Shown here one piece after another: positions 47,794 to 52,959 of a stretch of DNA of 52,959 bases (position 1 is the first letter of the stretch; the number at the start of each line of letters is the position of its first letter). A model generated the notes under the pieces. That model saw nothing but the letters and a program-made list of their open reading frames with translations, ran no database searches and had not been told where the DNA came from. The position numbers and the translations under genes are program-made. The stretch is from NCBI GenBank assembly GCA_964572555.1, contig CAZNHG010000001.1, forward strand, positions 1 through 52,959, given 5' to 3'. The stretch comes from an uncultured Devosiaceae bacterium (GTDB lineage: Bacteria; Pseudomonadota; Alphaproteobacteria; Rhizobiales; Devosiaceae).

Positions 47794-49296
47794 ATGTCTG
47801 ACGAACTGATCATCAAAACCGCAAGCCTGTCGGCGAAACCGGCCGGAACCCTGGTTCTTTACGCCGATGACGGGCCGGTGCTCGCGGGCAGTGCCGCGGA
47901 AACCTGGGGCAGGACGGGCCTGGACTTCGAGAGGCTGAGCGCCGCCTCGCACTTCACCGGCAAGCAGGGGCAGATCCTCGACGTCCTCGCGCCCGCGAAT
48001 TTGGGCGTGGACCGGCTGCTGGTCGCAGGCGCGGGCAAGCCCGACGATCGGGCAGCGGCCACCGCAAGCGGATACAGGGACCGCGGCGGGTCGCTGATCG
48101 CAAAGCTGCTGGCAGCGAAGGGCGACAGGGCCTCGGTGGTGCTCGACGAGCTCGAGGCGGATCAGGTCGCCGAGCTGGCGGCGGGCATGCGGCTGCGACA
48201 CTACCGCTTCGACAAGTACAAGACGAAGAAGCGCAAGGACGACGACAACGGCGCTCCGGACAAGCTGACCGTTACCCTGCATGTGAACAACAAGGCAGCC
48301 ACTGACCGCGCCATTGCCGACCGCATGGCGACGGTCGAGGGGACGCTGCTGGCGCGCGATCTCGTCAACGAGCCGCCGAACGTTCTCGGCCCGCAGGAGT
48401 TCGCCGAAACGGCGCAGGGGTTGTCGGAGCTTGGCATCGAAGTCGACATTCTGACGCCCGAGGAAATGCGCGATCTCGGCATGGGGGCGCTGTTGGCCGT
48501 CGCGCAAGGGTCCGAACGGCAGGGGCGGCTGGTGATCATGCACTGGCACGGCGGGCGCAAGAAGGACGCGCCCATAGCCTTTGTCGGCAAGGGCGTCGTG
48601 TTCGATACCGGCGGCATATCGATAAAGCCCGCCGGGTCGATGGAGGACATGAAGGGCGACATGGGCGGCGCGGCGGCCGTTACCGGCCTGATGAAGACGT
48701 TCGCCATGCGCAAGGCCAAGGCGAACGTCATCGGTGTGATCGGGCTCGTCGAAAATATGCCGGACGGGAACGCCTACAGGCCCGGGGATATCCTGAAGTC
48801 GATGTCGGGCCAGACGATCGAGGTGGTGAATACCGACGCGGAAGGGCGGCTCGTTCTGGCCGATGCGCTCTGGTACACGCAGGACCGCTACAAGCCGCAG
48901 TTCATGGTCAATCTCGCCACTCTCACGGGGGCGGTCATGGTCGGGCTGGGGCAGGACTATGCCGGCTTGTTCTCCAACAACGACGAGTTGGCCGTGCGCC
49001 TGTACGAGGCGGGGATCGCATCGGGCGAAAAGGTCTGGCGGTTGCCCATGGGGCCGGCTTACGACAAGCTGATCGACAGCCGGTTCGCCGACATGAAGAA
49101 CACCGGCGGACGCTATGGCGGGTCCATCACGGCGGCGCAGTTCCTGCAGCGGTTCGTCAACGACGTGCCGTGGGCCCATCTCGACATCGCCGGGGCCGCG
49201 TTCAGCACGCCGGCGAACGAGACGAATGTCAGCTGGGCGGCCGGGTTCGGCGTGGCGTTGCTGGACCGGCTGGTGCGCGACCACTACGAAGGGTAG
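47794..49296 (+). CDS. pepA: leucyl aminopeptidase (M17)
   Basis: ATG at 47794. [16 protein letters not shown] and [12 protein letters not shown] metal-site motifs. Confidence 0.92.
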   Translation: MSDELIIKTASLSAKPAGTLVLYADDGPVLAGSAAETWGRTGLDFERLSAASHFTGKQGQILDVLAPANLGVDRLLVAGAGKPDDRAAATASGYRDRGGSLIAKLLAAKGDRASVVLDELEADQVAELAAGMRLRHYRFDKYKTKKRKDDDNGAPDKLTVTLHVNNKAATDRAIADRMATVEGTLLARDLVNEPPNVLGPQEFAETAQGLSELGIEVDILTPEEMRDLGMGALLAVAQGSERQGRLVIMHWHGGRKKDAPIAFVGKGVVFDTGGISIKPAGSMEDMKGDMGGAAAVTGLMKTFAMRKAKANVIGVIGLVENMPDGNAYRPGDILKSMSGQTIEVVNTDAEGRLVLADALWYTQDRYKPQFMVNLATLTGAVMVGLGQDYAGLFSNNDELAVRLYEAGIASGEKVWRLPMGPAYDKLIDSRFADMKNTGGRYGGSITAAQFLQRFVNDVPWAHLDIAGAAFSTPANETNVSWAAGFGVALLDRLVRDHYEG

Positions 49297-49323
49297 CCCC
49301 CGAACGGCGCCGGAAAGGCTGCG

Positions 49324-49770
49324 ATGACCGACATCTTCTTCTACCATCTCGAACAGGCCCCGCTTGAGCGGGCATTGCCCGCGCTTCTGGAGAAGACGCT
49401 GGAGCGCGGGTGGAAGGCCGTGGTGGAAGTGGGGAGTTCGGACCGGGCCGAGGCGCTCGATATGACGCTGTGGACCTATCGCGACGAAAGTTTCCTGCCG
49501 CACGGGCTGTCCGGCGGGCCGGCGGATGCGTTGCAGCCGGTTCTGCTGACCACGGGCGAGGAGAACGGGAACGGCGCCAATGTACGTTTCTTCGTCGACC
49601 GGGCGGTGCCGCACGGAGAGGGCGATTACGAGCGGCTGGTGTTCCTGTTCGACGGGCACGACCCGGATGCGGTGGAGGAGGCGCGCGGGGCGTGGCGGGC
49701 CCTGGCAAAGCAGAACGCGTGCACCTACTGGCAGCAGGAATCCGGCGGGCGCTGGGTCAAGAAAGCCTAG
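49324..49770 (+). CDS. holC: DNA polymerase III subunit chi
   Basis: 148 aa. FYHL...LDMTLWTYRDESFLPHG pattern. Conserved pepA-holC pairing. Confidence 0.88.
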   Translation: MTDIFFYHLEQAPLERALPALLEKTLERGWKAVVEVGSSDRAEALDMTLWTYRDESFLPHGLSGGPADALQPVLLTTGEENGNGANVRFFVDRAVPHGEGDYERLVFLFDGHDPDAVEEARGAWRALAKQNACTYWQQESGGRWVKKA

Positions 49771-50201
49771 GCCGCGCCGCCCGGCTGCCAGCCCTCGGGC
49801 GCCATCTCGAATCCCTCGAACCGGAAGCCCGGCGCGACCGTGCAGCCGACGAGCGTGTAGGCACCCATGGACTCCGCGCTCTGCCAATGGCCGGTGGGCA
49901 CGACAAGCTGCGGAAGCTGCCCGGCGGCAAGGTCGGGGCCGAGCGTGAATTGCTCGGCCGTGCTGCCGTCGGCGGACAGCGACAGGGTCAGCGGCGCGCC
50001 GGCGTAGTAGTGCCAGACCTCGACGGCATCGACGCGGTGCCAGTGGGAGCGGTCGCCTTCCTCGAGAAGGTAGAAGATCGCCGTCGAGCGGGAGCGGGTG
50101 CCCTCGACCGTGTCCTCGAATGTCTGTCTGAACCAGCCGCCCTCGGGATGAGGCTGCAGGTCGAGATGGTCGATGATTTCCCGCGCGGTCATGGTGGTCA
50201 T
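49767..50201 (-). CDS. cupin domain protein (DUF985 family)
   Basis: 144 aa, the C-terminal part of track ORF 49767..51662. LQPHPEGGWFRQTF...IFYLLEEGDRSHWHRV...LVGCTVAPGF motifs. Confidence 0.8.
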   Translation of the reverse strand: MTTMTAREIIDHLDLQPHPEGGWFRQTFEDTVEGTRSRSTAIFYLLEEGDRSHWHRVDAVEVWHYYAGAPLTLSLSADGSTAEQFTLGPDLAAGQLPQLVVPTGHWQSAESMGAYTLVGCTVAPGFRFEGFEMAPEGWQPGGAA

Positions 50202-52090
50202 GCCTGCTCTGCCTCCGCCTGTTCGAGTTCCGCGCTCTTTTCGATCCAGATCTCTTCCTGCTCGGCGATCTCCGCCTCGAAACGCGCCTTGTCCTTGCCC
50301 AGAGCGATCGCCGCATCCGGCTTGCCCGAATAGAGTTCGGGATCGGCCAGTTGCATTTCCACCTTGTCGAGTTCGGCCTTGAGCCGTTCGATCTTCTTCT
50401 CCGCGGCCTGGATTTCCTTGCGCAGCGGCGCGAGCTGGGCACGGCGCGCGGCCGCCTCCTGGCGTTCGCGGCGCCGGTCGGAGCCGCTGCCGTTTGCAGC
50501 CGGATTGGTGCGGCCCTGCGAGCTTTGCGCGCCGCCGATCAGCATGCGCTGATAGGCCTCGATATCGTCGTCGTAACGCTTGATCGTGCCGTCTTCGGCA
50601 ATCCATATCTGGTCGACGGTCGCCTCGATGAGGTGCCGGTCGTGGCTGATGATGAGCACGGCGCCCTCGTATTCGTTCAGCGCGGCGACGAGCGCGTCGC
50701 GGCTGTCGATGTCGAGGTGGTTGGTGGGCTCGTCGAGAATGAGCATGCCCGGCCCGCCAAAGGTGATCAGCCCCATGAGCAGACGGGCACGTTCGCCGCC
50801 CGAGAGGTTGCCGGCCGGCGTGTCCATCTTCTGCGTCCCGAGCCCCATCTGCGCCACGCGCGAACGCCGCTTGGCCTCCGCGTCGTAGGGCATGAGCGGC
50901 TCGACATGCTCGAGGGCCGATTGGTTCGGCTTGAGGATATCGAGCTGGTGCTGGGCAAAATAGGCGACCTCGAGCCCGCGGCCGCGGCGGAGCTGGCCGC
51001 TCATGGGCTTGAGTTCGCCCGCGATCAGCTTGGCGAAAGTCGACTTGCCGTTGCCGTTGACGCCCACCAGCGCGATACGATCCTCGGGATCGATGCGCTC
51101 GTTGATCCTGTTGAGCACCGGCGTGTCGCCATAGCCCACGGCCACGTCGTCGAAATCGAGCATGGGGCTGGCCATGGTCTTTTTCGGGTTCGCGAACTTG
51201 AAGGGCAGGGAGGTTTCGTCGAACAACGCTTCGGGTGGCCGCAGCTTCTCGATCATCTTGAGGCGCGCCTGGGCCTGCTTGGCCTTGGAAGCCTTGTAGC
51301 GGAAGCGATCCACGAAGGTTTGCATGTGCGCGATCTTTTCCTCCGCCTTCTCGCGCTCCTTGCCGGCGAGTTCCATCTGCATCCGGCGGGTGCGCTCGAA
51401 CGTGTCGTAGTTGCCGCGATAGAAGGTGAGCTTGCCGCGTTCGAGATGGATGATCGAGGAGGCGGCCTTGTTGAGAAGATCGCGGTCGTGGCTGATCATC
51501 AGCACCGTGTAGGGGTAGTTGGCGAGATAGCTCTCGAGCCACAGCGTCCCCTCGAGGTCGAGATAGTTGGTCGGCTCGTCGAGCAGCAGCAGGTCCGGCT
51601 GCGAGAACAGGACGCCGGCCAGGGCGACGCGCATGCGCCAGCCGCCGGAAAGCTCCTTGCACGCAACGCCCTGGCGCTCGTGCGGGAACCCCAGGCCGCG
51701 CAGGATGGAACTTGCCCGCGCTTCGGCGGAATGCGCGTCGATGTCGGCGAGACGCGTGTGAATCTCGGCAATGCGATGGGCGTCGGTGGCCGTCTCGGCC
51801 TCGCGCATCAGGGCTGCGCGCTCCTTGTCGGCCTTGAGCACCATGTCGAGCACGCTATCCGCGGTCGCCGGGGCTTCCTGCGCAACCGTTCCGACACGCG
51901 CCTTCTGGTGCACGCCGATTTCGCCGTCGTCCGGCATCAGGCGGCCCAGGATCAGGTTGAACAGCGTCGTCTTGCCCGAACCGTTGCGGCCGACGAAGCC
52001 GGTTTTCGAACCGGACGGCAGCACCACGCCCGCCTTGTTGAACAGGACGCGGTCCTCGATCTTGTAGGTGAGGTCGGTGATCGTCAGCAT
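50198..52090 (-). CDS. ABC-F family ATPase (tandem ABC cassettes, no TM domain; YheS/Uup-like translation-associated factor)
   Basis: 630 aa. Walker A GRNGSGKTT and GVNGNGKST. Signatures LSGGWRMRVALA and LSGGERARLLM. C-terminal charged coiled coil. Confidence 0.9.
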   Translation of the reverse strand: MLTITDLTYKIEDRVLFNKAGVVLPSGSKTGFVGRNGSGKTTLFNLILGRLMPDDGEIGVHQKARVGTVAQEAPATADSVLDMVLKADKERAALMREAETATDAHRIAEIHTRLADIDAHSAEARASSILRGLGFPHERQGVACKELSGGWRMRVALAGVLFSQPDLLLLDEPTNYLDLEGTLWLESYLANYPYTVLMISHDRDLLNKAASSIIHLERGKLTFYRGNYDTFERTRRMQMELAGKEREKAEEKIAHMQTFVDRFRYKASKAKQAQARLKMIEKLRPPEALFDETSLPFKFANPKKTMASPMLDFDDVAVGYGDTPVLNRINERIDPEDRIALVGVNGNGKSTFAKLIAGELKPMSGQLRRGRGLEVAYFAQHQLDILKPNQSALEHVEPLMPYDAEAKRRSRVAQMGLGTQKMDTPAGNLSGGERARLLMGLITFGGPGMLILDEPTNHLDIDSRDALVAALNEYEGAVLIISHDRHLIEATVDQIWIAEDGTIKRYDDDIEAYQRMLIGGAQSSQGRTNPAANGSGSDRRRERQEAAARRAQLAPLRKEIQAAEKKIERLKAELDKVEMQLADPELYSGKPDAAIALGKDKARFEAEIAEQEEIWIEKSAELEQAEAEQA

Positions 52091-52257
52091 GGGGAGCGTC
52101 GGGTCTCGGGCGTGGTATCGTGGAACTTACCGCGGAGGGGATAACGGTTTGCGGTCCGTTCGGCAATCTCCGGGCCGCGCAAACCCTTGTAACGGTCATG
52201 AGCAGCGGCTAAAAGGCGCGCAAACTTCAACCCCGTGAGTAAACAGGACCGTTTCAC

Positions 52258-52680
52258 ATGGCTCTCGAGCGTACTTTCTCCATCATCAAGCCCGACGCGA
52301 CCAAGCGCAACATCACCGGCAAGGTCATCGCCAAGTTCGAGGACGCGGGGCTGGGCGTCGTGGCGCAGAAGCGCATCCGCATGACGCGCGAGCAGGCGGA
52401 GGGATTCTATGCGGTGCACAAGGAGCGTCCGTTCTTCGGCGAGCTCGTCGAGTTCATGATGTCCGGCCCGGTCGTGGTGCAGGTACTCGAAGGTGAGAAC
52501 GCCATCGCGAAGAACCGCGAAGTCATGGGCGCCACCAATCCGGCCGAGGCCGCGCCGGGCACGATCCGCGCCGAGTTCGCGGAGTCGATCGGCGAGAATT
52601 CGGTGCACGGCTCGGACGCTCCGGAGACGGCGGCCGAGGAGATCAGGTTCTTTTTCTCCGACGACGAGATCGTGGGCTGA
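52258..52680 (+). CDS. ndk: nucleoside-diphosphate kinase
   Basis: 140 aa. [11 protein letters not shown], active-site NSVHGSD. Confidence 0.95.
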   Translation: MALERTFSIIKPDATKRNITGKVIAKFEDAGLGVVAQKRIRMTREQAEGFYAVHKERPFFGELVEFMMSGPVVVQVLEGENAIAKNREVMGATNPAEAAPGTIRAEFAESIGENSVHGSDAPETAAEEIRFFFSDDEIVG

Positions 52681-52791
52681 ATCAGCGACCGCGCCACGCG
52701 GCGCCAGCCATGTTATGCTCTCACCGGCGCTCGCGGAGATTCCCGCAAAGCGCCGGTTTTGAAGCGGGTTCCGCGATCCAGGGAGCGAATC

Positions 52792-52938
52792 ATGAACCGC
52801 AACACGTTGTACATCGTCGTCATTGCCATTCTGGTCGTGATCATCGGTTATCTGGGCTGGCAGTATTATCAGGACCAGAACAGTGCGGGCGTCGAGATCA
52901 ACATGGACGAGAACGGCATGTCGGTCGAGACGAACTAG
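52792..52938 (+). CDS. hypothetical 48-aa single-pass membrane protein (not in the ORF track)
   Basis: The ATG at 52792 lies 6 nt after a GGGAGCG RBS. Translation: MNRNTLYIVVIAILVVIIGYLGWQYYQDQNSAGVEINMDENGMSVETN, ending at TAG 52936-52938. One clear hydrophobic helix. Confidence 0.4.
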   Translation: MNRNTLYIVVIAILVVIIGYLGWQYYQDQNSAGVEINMDENGMSVETN

Positions 52939-52959
52939 ACTGGCTGCTTGCACGGCTGG

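Overview
High-GC (roughly 60-65% by eye) chromosomal segment with alphaproteobacterial gene order, densely coding with about 50 genes. I found no rRNA, tRNA, CRISPR array, transposase or integrase. All product calls come from motifs read in the supplied translations; no database search was run.

Gene content, left to right:
- ilvI (3' end) and ilvH.
- A DHFR-family gene divergent from a TetR gene, then pdxJ.
- An HxlR regulator divergent from an FMN reductase.
- A small coiled-coil protein, metA, and an unassigned P-loop ATPase.
- An isolated flagellar hook module, flgE-flgK-flgL, behind a textbook sigma54 promoter. It is followed by a periplasmic OmpA-domain protein with MotY-like architecture.
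- A minus-strand ketone-body block. It contains thiolase, acetoacetyl-CoA synthetase and a sigma54 enhancer-binding protein. A sigma54-type promoter then precedes bdhA, a Liv-type ABC transporter and a translationally coupled alpha/beta hydrolase.
- A PAS-LuxR solo regulator.
- A LacI-controlled sugar ABC locus carrying a GH127 beta-L-arabinofuranosidase.
- An iron block: AraC regulator, ABM monooxygenase, FhuF-type reductase and an orphan siderophore-binding protein.
- Core genes: mltG-yicC-gmk, rsmA-pdxA-surA-lptD-lptG-lptF, then pepA-holC, a cupin, an ABC-F ATPase and ndk.

Observations most worth follow-up:
1. Two diverged ~270-280 bp direct repeats bracket the AraC-ABM pair. Each repeat holds a relic of the ugpC 3' end, an Irr/ICE-like box with a sigma70-like promoter, and the first ~12 codons of fhuF. 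This looks like the scar of a single-crossover integration or a junction insertion, and it duplicated an iron-type promoter.
2. The sigma54-wired bdhA / ABC transporter / hydrolase operon may be a 3-hydroxybutyrate or 3HB-oligomer uptake and catabolism system.
3. The sigma54-driven hook module has an unusually long FlgL with an internal domain duplication, plus the MotY-like OmpA protein.

Many long ORFs in the six-frame track are GC-driven shadow ORFs and were rejected.
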